A stretch of DNA of 63,181 nucleotides, filler included, from Rhabdomonas costata (GCA_019059605.1; 51 parts of 51 records of this genome joined end to end with filler, not necessarily neighbours in it); one strand, 5' to 3'. Shown: positions 11,651 to 24,819, counted from the first letter of the whole stretch. The notes: a model not told the origin generated them from the sequence alone. Numbers and translations: made by a program.

Positions 11651-13056
11651 ATGCACAATTTTAAAAAAACATTCGGCACCGCTCCACATTTCTCCCCGAA
11701 AACGTTTCTGGACACACCACAGGGAAAAACAGTGAATAAGCCGCCAAGGCGAGAGCAAGGCCGTCGGGGGCAAAGCTTTGAAGTCCGTAGTACATTGCGG
11801 AGATGGGAAGCCCTGCACAAACCCGCACCCCACACACGGAGGAAACACAGACGAACGTTCGTGGCGGATTCTGGGGTCTTCAGGTTCGATCGTTTTCGGC
11901 CTAATCAGCGTACAGCCAAGCTAGGTTACCACCGCTTTCGTCTGTATTATTCGAAGAGAGAACTTTAAGATGCGAGATATTTCGGCATTTTACGGAAATT
12001 TCCAGTAGCAATGTATGCTATGTTCAGATATTTGGTTTTGCTTGTCCTGGTCACAAGGATACTAAGACCCGTTATGCAATTCAGAGAATTCAGTCCGTAA
12101 TGTTTCGAGCTGAAGTCTTTTTGGCTAGTAGTTATACCCCTGGGGTTGGGTGGCCCATGCTGTCCCTTCGTAAATGCGCAAGATTGTAAGCTCTTGGATT
12201 TAGGTGTCGCGTGCTGTATTGAAAATTGCCGCTGTTAACACGCAGTTATTTCCCTTTCGAAAGGGACATAACTGCGTGTTAACAGCGGCAATTTTCAATA
12301 CACAAACACNNNNNNNNNNNNNNNNNNNNNNNNNNNNNNNNNNNNNNNNNNNNTTAATTAATTAANNNNNNNNNNNNNNNNNNNNNNNNNNNNNNNNNNN
12401 NNNNNNNNNTTTGTGGGGGGTTCCGAAAAACGCGTTTTTATCCTGATTTAAGGGTTTTTTGAGGCTCTGGGGACGGATTTTGGGGGCAAAATGCCTTGAA
12501 AAGGGGGCTGTGCTGTTTGCTGAAAGACGCATGCACGTGCAGATGAGGCGGACGCTGTTGACGTCACTTTTTTCTCCTGTTTTTGACAGCTTTGCATCTG
12601 AAACAATAAATGAATCAATGGCTCTTGGTGTGAAGCGCTCTTTCAGTGAACTTGTTGGGTCCGAGTTACAAAACGGCCAAAAGGATGGGGGTATGCCGAG
12701 GGGAGGCTTTTTTATTTTGACCTGATAGTCGACCCGATAAATTTTCGATCGCATCTGACATCCATTGCCATTTAGTGTGGCGGATGAAACAAAAATAGCA
12801 CCCCATCAGGAACTCCCGCAACTGCAAGAATTCCACGAGAACTCATCTGTGATGTTACGTTGAGTCCAGGTTGGACGACCCCAACAGGAACAAGTGTCCA
12901 CAGATTTTGGTTGGGTTTTCTTTTGATTTTTTCTTCTACTGGCGGAAATCGGAACAGGGCGTGCCCACACAAACGGGGTGCCAATAGTAAGCCTTAGACA
13001 CGAAGAAATATATTTACATTTGTTTCGACACAAATAAACACAATCCCAAGACCAAA

Positions 13057-13347
13057 ATGTTCAGAAAATACCCGACAACAGGTATGGGTGCTGCGCACCG
13101 GCCCCGAGTTACACGTTCGGACACCATGCATTCGCATTCGTTTTCTTTTGATTACTCAGGAACTTCACCAGCCTTGTTCGAGGACTCGGACCTGGTTCTC
13201 GTGGTTGGAGACGCTGACTTTGTGTTTTTTGTGAAGCTTTGTGAATTGATTCCAGGAATCAGGATCATTGCCACCACTTTGGATTCGCAGGTCGGCCAGC
13301 TTTTTTCTCTCACGCGGCTCTTTTCTTCTCACTCAGATGAGGGTTAA
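13057..13347 (+). CDS. 5' exons of a BMT5/DUF2431-like rRNA methyltransferase
   Basis: Exons 13057-13081 and 13160-13290 (78-nt GT-AG intron) give MFRKYPTTGTSPALFEDSDLVLVVGDADFVFFVKLCELIPGIRIIATTLDSQ, resembling the LLVGEGDFSF...ATS.DS motif; possible micro-exon 13337-13347. Confidence 0.6.
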   Translation: MFRKYPTTGMGAAHRPRVTRSDTMHSHSFSFDYSGTSPALFEDSDLVLVVGDADFVFFVKLCELIPGIRIIATTLDSQVGQLFSLTRLFSSHSDEG

Positions 13348-16132
13348 GTGAGCCAATAAAACAAAAGCGAAAATGCCTTTTGATCGTAAAATTTGTTCAA
13401 TTCATTTTCACACACAAAATGGCAATGACTCTTTGTCGAGAAGAGCCGGGCACACACACAGGATTGATTGCATTGGGTTGGATTGCGTCGCACGAAGCGC
13501 GGGTTGAGCAGAGTTCTTTACATGGGGTTAGGTGGCGACGCAACCCCAACNNNNNNNNNNNNNNNNNNNNNNNNNNNNNNNNNNNNNNNNNNNNTTAATT
13601 AATTAANNNNNNNNNNNNNNNNNNNNNNNNNNNNNNNNNNNNNNNNNNNNGGGGTGGTGTTCAAATGTAAGCAGGAACAGCTGCTCCCATCAGGAATGAT
13701 CATGGCTTATAACTTATTCAATTCCCCATTGCCATTGCCCTGCCACAATATTGTTGATACGGCGAAAGAACTGTTTGTTGTGAAAGTGAACGTGTATGCC
13801 TCGATCGGGTCGCAAAGGTGAGTTATGGTGGATCAGCGGCCCTCCCACGTTATTATCATTTCAAAGATGTACACAAATGCAAGCAGCAGTCTACTCAACC
13901 TGCCCCAATGGAATTGCAACTTTGGTCGGATTACCGATCCTCTAAGTGCTGTTCACGTGATTTTGCAGGTAGGGATCGGGAATTGCTGGTGCTTTCTGGT
14001 ACGTTTTTGTGGGTACAGCGGACCGTAGCTTTCCCTGTAAGGCACCTTCCCTTCAGCCGTCCCTTCTGTGGTGAGGTCCCCAGGGGTGGTTCTGCGGAAG
14101 GGGAGCCGTGGCTGCCGATGGAAGAGGGGCTCCGGCAGAGGCTAAGGAAGCTTGCCCCACGGTGGGGCCAGGGCCACGCCAAGGCAATTGAGGCCCAGGG
14201 CTGCGCCTCGTCATGGTTCCTGGGTTTGTTCTGTCCTTCCCCTGCATCCACTTCCCCCGTTCCAAAATACCCAAGTGGCATGTGTTGTTCCGCCCCATCC
14301 TCATAGCGCAGGGTATTGGTTCCGCTGGTTTGGGATTATGGGTAGAGCCATGTAATGCGATGGAAGGTGAATTGCCAAAGGAGTGAGGACGTTCTCCAGC
14401 TCATGCACGGAATCTCCCAGGAAGGAAAAGAACAGCCCCCCAAGGATGTACACCAAAAAGAGCACATTCACCACCTCACCCCCTTTATATTGCGGTGGTT
14501 GGTTAACTGCCCGTAATCTAACCGCCTCCAAACTGTATCCGAATCACCGAAAGCAAAGGGTTCTTGTTCTCCTTTACAATTGAATTCTGCCTGGTATTTC
14601 ATGATTTGTTTTGGCGTGTATGCGGATGTTTTTATTGTCCCCTGTCCCGGACCTCTTTGGGAAATTTCCTCCTGCTTTTTATCTCGCCCTCAACTCCAGT
14701 GTTGTGCAGGTTCAGTCGGATTGATCTGCCGATATTTGGTAATGTTTTTTGAATTTTAAGAGATTCTTAGACGATGTTCGCACACCCCCCCNNNNNNNNN
14801 NNNNNNNNNNNNNNNNNNNNNNNNNNNNNNNNNNNTTAATTAATTAANNNNNNNNNNNNNNNNNNNNNNNNNNNNNNNNNNNNNNNNNNNNTGTTTGTGT
14901 TACGGGTTGCCGCACACGGGTGCGCAGTTTAGATTCTTCGTCCCGGGACTCGAAAACCTCCACAATGGTCTCGAACTTCAATTACGGGCAGCCATCCGAA
15001 ACCGTCCTTCTCGTTGCACGTTTTTTGCCTCGTGGCGTTCCTTATGGCCTTGTTCCTCTTTCCTCTTTGAACGAACTCGTGCAACTCAACTTTGTGTTTT
15101 CTTTCTTTTTTTTTGGTTTCTTTCCTCCTTCCTCTGAACTAAGCGGAGGCTGGAGCTTGAGCGCTTTTACCCTTTCCCGAACTCCCTCATTTGGCCACGT
15201 GAGCTCTCTGATTCCTCTGCCAAATGCAGGTGGAGCCCTACTCTCAAGGCATCGGGGTGACCTCGCCGGACATCCCTGGGGTCCAGGCCGCCTGGGAAGA
15301 GCCCCGCACCACCACCTCCAAGCTGATGCCCGCCCACGTGAGGAAGGTTTCGAAGGTTTCGACAAGAAGCAGCGCCGCCTCGTCTGCACGCTCCGCTGGC
15401 GCAGGTCCCTTTGCACCGCTTTCTATATTTCCATGAATTGAGTTTCCCTCTTTTTCTTCTTTACTGCAGTACTCTCGCTACATGCCTGGCTGCTTTTTTC
15501 TTCGGCTGTGATTTATGTCCTCCGCTCTGAGGATCACAACAGTGAGTGCGTGCAAAATTATCTCGAGGATTCCGAAATTGGGGGCAAGGTGGATAATGGA
15601 TTCCTTCGGGATTTAGCAAAATTATTTCTTTTGTCTGGATGCCCAGAGGGAGCTTTTGACAACAATAAGACGAGACATCGGCGACATCGGGACCCCGTGC
15701 TGTGGAAAGAACATGCGTTGCATCTTCCTGCTTAGGTTTAGCAGTGCTGAGGCTTTACTGAGACTCGCTTTCGATGAGTTTCCCAGTGTATTCTTGCAGT
15801 GTGACGGAGGGTACGGAATAACTTCCTCTCCTTGCGAGAAGACTTTCTTCTTTTTTCTCAATGAAAAACAACGGATCACGAACGTCGGGGCAATGATTTG
15901 ATGTGATTTCTTTTTCCTTTGGGTCGTGCTCAGCGGCAGCGGGTACCTGTCTTGGGGTGTCCAAACTTCCGGGAAGCGCCTCTTCCTCCCCGCGGAGCAG
16001 CCGACGTCCCGGAAGTTTGGACACCCCAAAACNNNNNNNNNNNNNNNNNNNNNNNNNNNNNNNNNNNNNNNNNNNNTTAATTAATTAANNNNNNNNNNNN
16101 NNNNNNNNNNNNNNNNNNNNNNNNNNNNNNNN

Positions 16133-16649
16133 TCCAACATCCAAACTACATTGTAGTCCCACGTCTGTGCACACAGCCGCCTCTTCAACGTTTCTACAAA
16201 CTCTTTCCAGTCTGTAAACACTTGACCTGGCGCAACAATTCCTCTGTAATGTGCACCCAGGGCGCCTGTAGCATAAATGATCGCAACTTGATCTGGAAGC
16301 CTGCGAAAGTCCTTCAGCTCTTCCACCGACACAAGCCACGGTAGGAAATTAGCTGGATTCCCATCGTACTTCTGGAACTCTGGGTCTTTCTCCTGCAATT
16401 TCTGCAATGCTCCCAGCGCCTCTGGAACTGTGGAATCTGGAGCTCCCACTCCACTCTGTAAACCTTCCGCTGAGGTTGTGTAAGATCGTCATTGGCCCGC
16501 TGGTGCTGCTCCATGCTCTGGAAAAAGGATACCATTTGGGTAAGAAAAGTCTGCTCCATCTGTGGTGTGGGGGATGCGCTCGGCTTTGGAGGTGGCGGAT
16601 TTACTGACATCAAATCGGAACCCACCTCTGGAATTGGGCTGAACTCCAC
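16133..16649 (-). pseudogene. Ty3/Gypsy gag N-terminal region, frameshifted
   Basis: YDGNPANFLPWLVSVEE...VAIIYATGAL...TDWKEFVETLKRRL fits the retrotransposon gag pattern; lies downstream of an LTR+PBS in the same orientation; frameshift near 16445. Confidence 0.8.
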
Positions 16650-16988
16650 TCAGGGTGGGGAATGAGATGAACTCGACCCCTCTGAAATCAACCGTCCCCT
16701 GAACTCTTTGGACTCTGTAGCCTGCTTCCGAACTCTGAAACTTGCCCTCACTCTGTAGGTGGTTATTCCACACAGGCCCTTCTGGCCGAATATGAAAATT
16801 CGAAGTTGGATTCTTTTCATAGTGCACCCTGGAATCAATCTGCACCAAGTGTCACTGGATTCCTTCGCTACCCACTCTGCCCAAATTATGTCGTACACTT
16901 CCTATGTTACCACGTGCCACAAAGTGATACGTGGAACTCCAACACTGAGCTGCGCTCCTCGTGCCGCAAAGGGCTTTCTCGACTTATT

Positions 16989-17236
16989 CCTCTGTTACCA
17001 CGTATCACACTCCAACGATATTGCGGGAACACTTACGTGGCTCCTACCTCTGGAGGTGGTGATGCCTTTGGATCCTGCTCGCGTTGGACTGTATCCCGAC
17101 CTTGCTTGCACAAGGTGTGCGCTGCCTCGACTTACCTAGGTGACTCGCACATAGACCGTGTCTTCCCTTCACTTCCCGGGGGTCGCTGTGGAGCTGCTTT
17201 CCTCGAGCGTCGCCTTTCTGAAATGGGGGGGGGCGG
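16989..17236 (-). mobile_element. Partial 5' LTR plus initiator tRNA-Met primer-binding site
   Basis: Homologous to 28170-28425 (shared TGTATCCCGACCTTGCTTGCACAAGGTG). Minus strand reads ...TGTGATA-cg-TGGTAACAGAGG, followed by gag. Confidence 0.8.
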
Positions 17237-17373
17237 ACCACTTGTGCAAGCAAGGTCGGGATACAAACCAACANNNNNNNNNNNNNNNNNNNNNNNNNNN
17301 NNNNNNNNNNNNNNNNNTTAATTAATTAANNNNNNNNNNNNNNNNNNNNNNNNNNNNNNNNNNNNNNNNNNNN

Positions 17374-17677
17374 GTGTGGGTGGGAGTCACCAGTTCGGCA
17401 ACGGTCTCTGGTACCCGTTCATTGACACTTACTCCTTCAGTTTCCTCGAGTCCGTCATCGACTCCAACGCTGTCTCCCACGGTGACCCCTACACCTACTC
17501 CAACACCCACACCTACTCCGACCTTGTCTCCCACACTCACCCCGACTGAATCTGCAAGTATTTCACTTTCTTCCGACGCGACACAATCGCAGACGCTCTC
17601 GGACTCCCTCAGCGTGTCCTCTACCGACTCCTCTAGTGCATACCCGACGTTCACGGCTACAGGGTCCTTGAGCAACG
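17374..17677 (+). CDS. Exon of a Ser/Thr/Pro-rich mucin-like surface protein
   Basis: Open frame TLTPSVSSSPSSTPTLSPTVTPTPTPTPTP... ending at a GTATCT donor. Confidence 0.65.
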
Positions 17678-20086
17678 GTATCTGCTTTCCCACCCTCGGT
17701 GGCTTTTACTCCGTTTTTTTTGGGGGGGATACTCCGTTTTTGCCGGCTTAGGTGTGGTTTTGATGTCCTTGTTGTATGGTGGCTGGGTCATCTTCCTTAA
17801 TCGGCATTTTCTTTCTTTCACTGATTTCCAAATTAAAGTATCATGTGTGATGCTGCTCTTCAGAGCTCTCGATTTCCCAATCATCGAGTTCGAGTCTTTC
17901 AGCGACCCTTTCGAGTACTTTCTCAAGCTCCCACACCGCCTCAAGTGTGTGTGCTCGTCTCTCTCTCTTCTCTTCCGTCATCTCAAGTTTCGCCACGGAA
18001 CGAGATTCCGGTTAGTCCTCCCTTTCTCTTTCCCTAGCTTCTCCTTCTACAGTAAACGCTTTGTACTTTTTTCGCCCATCCTCAGGGTCTTGTTTTATTC
18101 ACCCCCGCCTCTGCCATCTGCATGCTGCGTTCTGCATAAGCGCCTTGGATCTGGACTGTTCCTGTCAGGTATTTTGAGGAAAAAAAGGCAACTTATGTCC
18201 CCCAACGGTCCCCAACCAGCACCTGTTGGCCACAGGGGAAGTCTTGCTAGGGGGTGGGGCTAGAGTTGTCTTCACCATCACCCCTGAGCAAGGCAAGCGC
18301 GCTGCACCATTCATTCGGATTGAGCCAATTTTGGTGCCTGACCTAACAGTATCCGTACCAGGTGTTACCCTTCACAGCCAACTCGGTGGTGTCTGTGTGT
18401 ACGTGCGTGTTTGAACCCAATCTATGGGGGAAGCTATTCACACAGTACACGGTCGAGAACAGCGGCTCCCGTACCCGTTACCACGGACCGTCAGCTGAAA
18501 GGCCCTAAACACCCNNNNNNNNNNNNNNNNNNNNNNNNNNNNNNNNNNNNNNNNNNNNTTAATTAATTAANNNNNNNNNNNNNNNNNNNNNNNNNNNNNN
18601 NNNNNNNNNNNNNNGTTTTTTTGTTAGTAATTGGAGCACCGCCCCCCCCTCCCCTTGGGGATGAACAAGCTCCACCCCATTCCACGACCCAAAGGCTGAG
18701 GCATCCACCCTCTTCTGTTCTTCTGTCTGAGCAACACTTTCGTCGTGTAAATCGTTCGTTTTGTCTGGCCCTGCGGCTGTGCTGTCTGTAAATAGCTGTA
18801 GTGATTGCTTCACCTCATCCCCCCTTGTTTTCACTGACCGCCACATACGAGCAGGTGCTGAGTAGGTGTAGGGGGAGAAAACGTTCGAACGTTCTGCAGA
18901 CCCTGAGTCGCTCTCTGGCAATGCCAGTTGGTGGTTACCAGCCGGTCTGGTCTATCTTTTTGGTCATGGGTTTGTGTATGGGTTTCTGTGCGTGATGGCC
19001 CTCGCTGCCTCGTTGCAGTGAGACCTCCGTGGTCTTTCCCCAAAAAGAATGGCCCTGGTCTCACGCAAAAGTAAGCTCCCCTAAAGGGGATGCCTAATTG
19101 GGGGTTCTCTTGTTCTTCTGTTGATGCGACAGCGGCACAGCTTTCGCCAATGCAGGGCTCACCATTGCTCTCTTTTGTTGATAGTTTCGTTTGAATTCCG
19201 ATGGGATGGGGAAGAAGGTGCTCGAAACTGTGAGATATCGTTTATCGTATTCGATTCCACACACCGCTTGACTCCCGCACTTCGTGTGGCCCAGTCTTAA
19301 TAATCAATGAATTCCTAGTGAATTAATGAACTGTTCAAGTGTTCTGCAAGAAGAAAAGAAGGGGAAAGGGCCACAAAAGGGAATGATATGGAGGGCGGGG
19401 CAGATACAGGGTCGGGGATTACGGAGCACAAAAGGAAAGCACTATTTACTGTTTTATAAAACTAATACCATTTTTTACAATTCCAGCTTTCCAGCTTTCA
19501 TAGCTGTGTGTCCAAATTGGATTCATACTTCACCATACCTTGTAAATCCTCATCTCTATTCCTGCATTTTTGTGTGACATCCATACATTCAGTCGTTTGC
19601 CTGAGTTGGGGGGAGACACCAACACATTCAAACCCGGAAAAACGGACATCACTAGTCCCTGTCACATTCAAGTGCTTTCGAAAACTGAATTCTTGTACAT
19701 TATTACTCGTGTCGTTTTCTAGCACAACTTGTTCACATGGTTCCCACACCCACAANNNNNNNNNNNNNNNNNNNNNNNNNNNNNNNNNNNNNNNNNNNNT
19801 TAATTAATTAANNNNNNNNNNNNNNNNNNNNNNNNNNNNNNNNNNNNNNNNNNNNGTGTTTTTTGCATCAGAACACTCGGGTAGAGGGAGGGGGCGTTAA
19901 ACGCACTGCTAAACGTTTTTTTTGGCTTTTGCATATTTTTGGAAGAAATTTTGGAATTGTCGGGGCTGGCTTTGGCAGACAAATGGGACAGGATTATTAG
20001 GTACGAAGGCCAGCGCAGCCAGTCACCAGCCAGTCACCTTCACTACATTTCACGGCTCCAGGGCTTCAAACTCATAAGAGCTCGGA

Positions 20087-20311
20087 CTAGCCAGAGAAAG
20101 CCAGAGAGATGCGAAGGGTATCTCTTGCTTTTGCATCGGAGGGTACCTTAATCCGGAGCGAGCAGGAGCGGCAGTACGCGATCACCCCTCCCTGTAGCAA
20201 CTCGCTCTTGGAGATGCAAAACTGGTCCCCGCAGGGGCAGGCGTAGATATAGACCTCCTCAGCCTCATCAAAGTCCATGTCCTCCAAGTTCACTTCCTCG
20301 TAAACATCCAT
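20087..20311 (-). CDS. DPH3: Diphthamide biosynthesis CSL zinc-finger protein
   Basis: MDVYEEVNLEDMDFDE...YIYACPCGDQFCISKSELLQG..IAYCRSCSLRIKV matches DPH3/Kti11. A possible donor at 20146 means the C-terminus may be spliced; a DPH4 C-terminal domain is not excluded. Confidence 0.88.
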   Translation of the reverse strand: MDVYEEVNLEDMDFDEAEEVYIYACPCGDQFCISKSELLQGGVIAYCRSCSLRIKVPSDAKARDTLRISLAFSG

Positions 20312-21439
20312 CGGTGGGGAAAAGGAGTTTCCGAGAGAGGGCTATGGTCGACCAACAGTTATAATTCAGCTGTGAAGAAAGAGTGCACAGCAAAAGGGCA
20401 TCCAAACCGGTGAGCAGAATGCAGCCCCCGTTGACCAGCCAGAAGTGCCACAACATCATTGGGTTGGCAGAAGCTGCTGGACACCGCTGGGTTAGGGACG
20501 GGGATTGTGGATTGTTGCATCGTCCAACTGAACCAATTCGTGGACATTCAGTGTGAGTCCATGGCGGGACCAGTGCGAAAGCTTCGGTATTAATAAAAAT
20601 AAATCAATTATATTTTTTATTTATATATTATATTTTATTTTATAATTGTATGAATTTTCAGCAATATCTCACCAGACAAACACGTGGAAAATCAGAAGCA
20701 GAATCCCTTCATCTCATCCCACTTGGGCATCTGACTATTAAATAGGGGTCGGATCAAAACTTTTTCCTGTTCTCTATTCACTGAGCATGGCTTTTTGGGA
20801 CCGGAGGCGAAGCTGTAACTTGAGCCAGGGTGGCCGGTTTGGGCCATATTTGGTGGGAAGAATGTTCCCCTTTGGAATTTTTGAGGCCTTTTCAAACGCT
20901 TCGATGTCGGATGCGCTGCGAAACATTCGTAAGGGTAAAAGCCCAGGAGCACGTGAGCTGGTATCGGAATGGGAAGCGTTTGAAAAGGCCCCAAAANNNN
21001 NNNNNNNNNNNNNNNNNNNNNNNNNNNNNNNNNNNNNNNNTTAATTAATTAANNNNNNNNNNNNNNNNNNNNNNNNNNNNNNNNNNNNNNNNNNNNTTTG
21101 TCCCCCACCCTGACTGCTGTGAGTAGCGATCGTTACGCAACAAACTTCGCAAAGAAGGAAGAAACAGCCCACGGCCAATTTTTCGACTCGCAATGGGAGC
21201 TCCGACGTGACCACTGCTCACGAAAACCGCCAGGCGGACAATTTCTTGCATACCGCGAGGGTCCAACGCGATACAAGGATGCGCCAGAACAGGTATTTAT
21301 TCATTGATATAACGATATCATGGACCAGGCTCATGCAAGGCATTGGGAATGGTGTTTGATGTAAAAGGTCTGGTCTTTGGGAATCAAGGAGCGGAGTGAA
21401 GGGGGAGGGTAGTCGGGCGCACGAGGGTGGGGGTCCTAC

Positions 21440-22170
21440 CCTTCGCAGAAGTTTCCGGATGTGCCGCCTCTTGATCAGCATCTTGTTGTCTTCCACAATA
21501 AACAGTGGCCTAAAACGCCAAAACCCCAACGACCGTTCCAGGTGAACGACACATTTAAGAACCAATCATTCCCTGACAACATCAGAACGCACAAGAAAGG
21601 AGATAAAAACTATGCCTGCCTTCGCTCCGTAACGGAAAAGAGAATTTAGGTAAAGTTGGGTGGCTAGTGAAGTGGAAGTTTTCTCAACCGCATAAGTCAG
21701 CGTTCCACTTCCCCGGTCTTTTTGTAGATTATGTCTTTGCGGGGATTTCCACACATATCTTGGTACTTTGTCTGAGAAATTGCGGACCGTGGAGCTCTAC
21801 CCTAATCGGGCTAACAGCCCTTCTTGCGAGATGCCATGGGTTTAACTCAAACGAAACACAACAAAAACTTACTTGGGACCTTCTTTTTTTTTCCAACGAA
21901 GAATGGGCCGAAGCGTTAGCTCGAAAAATAGGGGTCCCCTACCACCCATCGGCTACCGGTATTCTGAATCGCGATCCCAGACGACTGGTGCAAAGAAATT
22001 TTTGTTCTGGCTAGAGTCTAGATGAGCGTGATGGAGGACCCTCTAGAAAAAGATGAGATTGATGCGCCCCGCAGAAACGCCAGAGACCTCATCACTCGCC
22101 CGGCGTCTGTGAAAATCCGGACCTCCCTCTCACGGACGTCCCTGATGATGCTGACGTCGTACTCGATCTC
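21440..22170 (-). CDS. RPB2: RNA polymerase II second-largest subunit, two internal exons (22088-22170, 21440-21509)
   Basis: Splicing a 578-nt GT-AG intron gives [51 protein letters not shown], the conserved RPB2 segment; not shown in the ORF track. Confidence 0.92.
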
Positions 22171-23578
22171 CTGCGAAGCGAGCAACCGAATGCACATGTG
22201 TGCACATGCATGTGAAGAAGAAACCTTACAACAAACCNNNNNNNNNNNNNNNNNNNNNNNNNNNNNNNNNNNNNNNNNNNNTTAATTAATTAANNNNNNN
22301 NNNNNNNNNNNNNNNNNNNNNNNNNNNNNNNNNNNNNGTGGAGTGTGGAATGTGTGGAGTTTCGTGTCTTTGACCCCCGAATTTTTCAGCTGCCGACCCT
22401 TCGCACCTGCTGTGGGAAAGCGAGCTGGCCTCAGCGTCCTCGCGCGGGGCCTACTACCGGAGCAGCCGCGACTGCGATTGTGAATGCGAGGTTGTGGTGG
22501 GGTCGGCTGTTGCGACACGCTCTCCGGAAGCGGAAGAGCCACCCACGATCGCCATTGAGCGCAATGCGTTGGAGGCGAGGTGGGTGACTTCTCTCTTCAT
22601 TTTATGTTTCTTTCCTGGAAGATCCGAAATATGCACTATACTACACTACTATATGCACTATATTACACTGTTGACGCTACCGAACATTGTTATACCTCAT
22701 TCCCAATCGTGAGCCCCTATTAGCGTCCCTTGTTGAAGAGAAAAAACTATATCACCAGATGGACGAGCTGTGATGTGTTAACCAAACTAAATCCTTCACT
22801 AGCACGCCTTTTCCCCCTTCTTTCCGTGTGGTTTCCGGTTCTCAAGGGCACTTTCCTGCTTCCAAGTGAACCAGAAGTCTGTCACGGCATTGTTGTGTTG
22901 TACCATGGCCGGGTCACTAATCACGTGACGAGTGAACCTTTGTGTGCGCTTCCAGGTTTCCTCCCGCTACTGTCGTGAGTTTTGAGCCTTAAACAAACTC
23001 ATTACCCACCAAAAATTCATTTTGTGAGGGTTTTATATTTCACCGTAACCGATCAGCTTTTATCAGGACGGGAAGCAGCTGGTTTTCGTTGAGAAATTGC
23101 ATTTTTGCTGGTGTCTCGACCATTTTATTTTTCCAAAGAGAGAAAGAATAAAGGATTTCGGCATTTCAGGTGATGAGGTTGGAACTGGAGCAGAGATAAT
23201 GTGTGTGAGGAGGAAGAACCGCGTCGAAAGGTTCCCGGTCCCATGTGCCCAAACTCGAACCCGCAGGGGAGAAAGAGAAAAGCGACGAGTGGAAACCCTT
23301 GCGCAGAGCGGCTGCGTGATCTGAGTGGGTATTATGTGTGTGTGTGCGTGCGTGTTTGCAATCGGCACAACCAGTAGTATACTTGGCTCATTCGGCACGG
23401 CCTTGCCTTTTTAGAATCGCAAAGATCCGCAGGCGAGCCGCAGCAGCCTCGCAGTCGTCCCCCTCTTCCACACACACANNNNNNNNNNNNNNNNNNNNNN
23501 NNNNNNNNNNNNNNNNNNNNNNTTAATTAATTAANNNNNNNNNNNNNNNNNNNNNNNNNNNNNNNNNNNNNNNNNNNN

Positions 23579-24718
23579 GGTGTTTTGTATCGTTAAATCA
23601 TTGTTTAATGTTGATACAACATTTTTAATTTTTGCTTCTTCTTTTTCTTTTGCATTATTTAAATAATTTATTATATCATTTAGTTCTGTTTTTATTTTTG
23701 GAAAATATAAAGTTATATATGTTAATAATAAATTATCAAGTTCTTGTTTTGAAGCAGAATATTGTAATCCTAATTCATTATAGATATCAACTAGGAAAAT
23801 CTCATTATTTATCATGTATTCATTATAATCATTTAGGATACGATATTCGTCATTATCTTTTTTAAATCGATTCATAATTTTATTATTTGTTTTTATTTGA
23901 CTTAAATTTTTTTCTAATTTTTCGTAAATAACTAAATCATTAGGTTCAACATCAAATGATAATAATTTATTTTTATAAATCCATTTAAATTCTAATGGTA
24001 TTTTTTCTAATTTACCATTAAACATATAAGATGACCAAATATATTGTCGTGATGGTATTATAAAATTTGTTTTTCCGAATTTTTTATTACTTTTTATTGA
24101 ACAACATATTTTATTTTTAATTGTTTTTATTGTATCATCATTATATATAAATTGATTTTTTACATAATTCTTTTTATATACATTTTCTAATTTTGTATCA
24201 TATATGTTATTATCATTTGATGTATCAAATTCTACATAATTATTTAAAGTTAATCTATCATCATCATCATTCATATTTATAATTGTTTTTATTTTTTGTG
24301 TTGTTTCATCTATTTTTGTATCAATAACATCGATATCTTTTAATATTTCGTCAACATCAATATTTTGTTCTTCATCTTTAATATTAATGTCATCTAAATC
24401 TAAATCATCCATACTTTCAATTTCATCTACATTTCCACCATATTGTTGTTTTTGTTTTGTTAATAAAGACGTTTTTAATGTTACCGGTACATTATTTTTT
24501 AAATCTACTTGATCTTCATCAGTAAATTTAATGTTTTTTATTTTATCAGACAGTTGAGATTCGAATTCATATTTTGTGCTTGTTATTAAATTTTTAGTAT
24601 TTGTATGTTTATCAACCCATTGTTCACTCATTTTTTGTTTTAATTTATTTTTTTCTTCAGAATTATTTTTAATTTTACTAAAAAATAAATTAATATGTTC
24701 AATATTAAAAAATTTTGA
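23579..24718 (-). CDS. Giant-virus (Mimiviridae-like) protein fragment, probably early transcription factor large subunit
   Basis: About 20% GC by eye, intronless, frame open across the whole contig. Motifs DDTIKTIKNKICCSIK, IIPSRQYIWS, DVEPN, NNEIFLVDIYNELG and YFPKI match my recollection of Mimiviridae/Klosneuvirinae VETF-L. Confidence 0.75.
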
Positions 24719-24819
24719 ANNNNNNNNNNNNNNNNNNNNNNNNNNNNNNNNNNNNNNNNNNNNTTAATTAATTAANNNNNNNNNNNNNNNNNNNNNNNNN
24801 NNNNNNNNNNNNNNNNNNN

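Noticed and set aside
20588-20655. AT-rich island upstream of DPH3 as a promoter
   Set aside because: No defined motif; plausible but unsupported.
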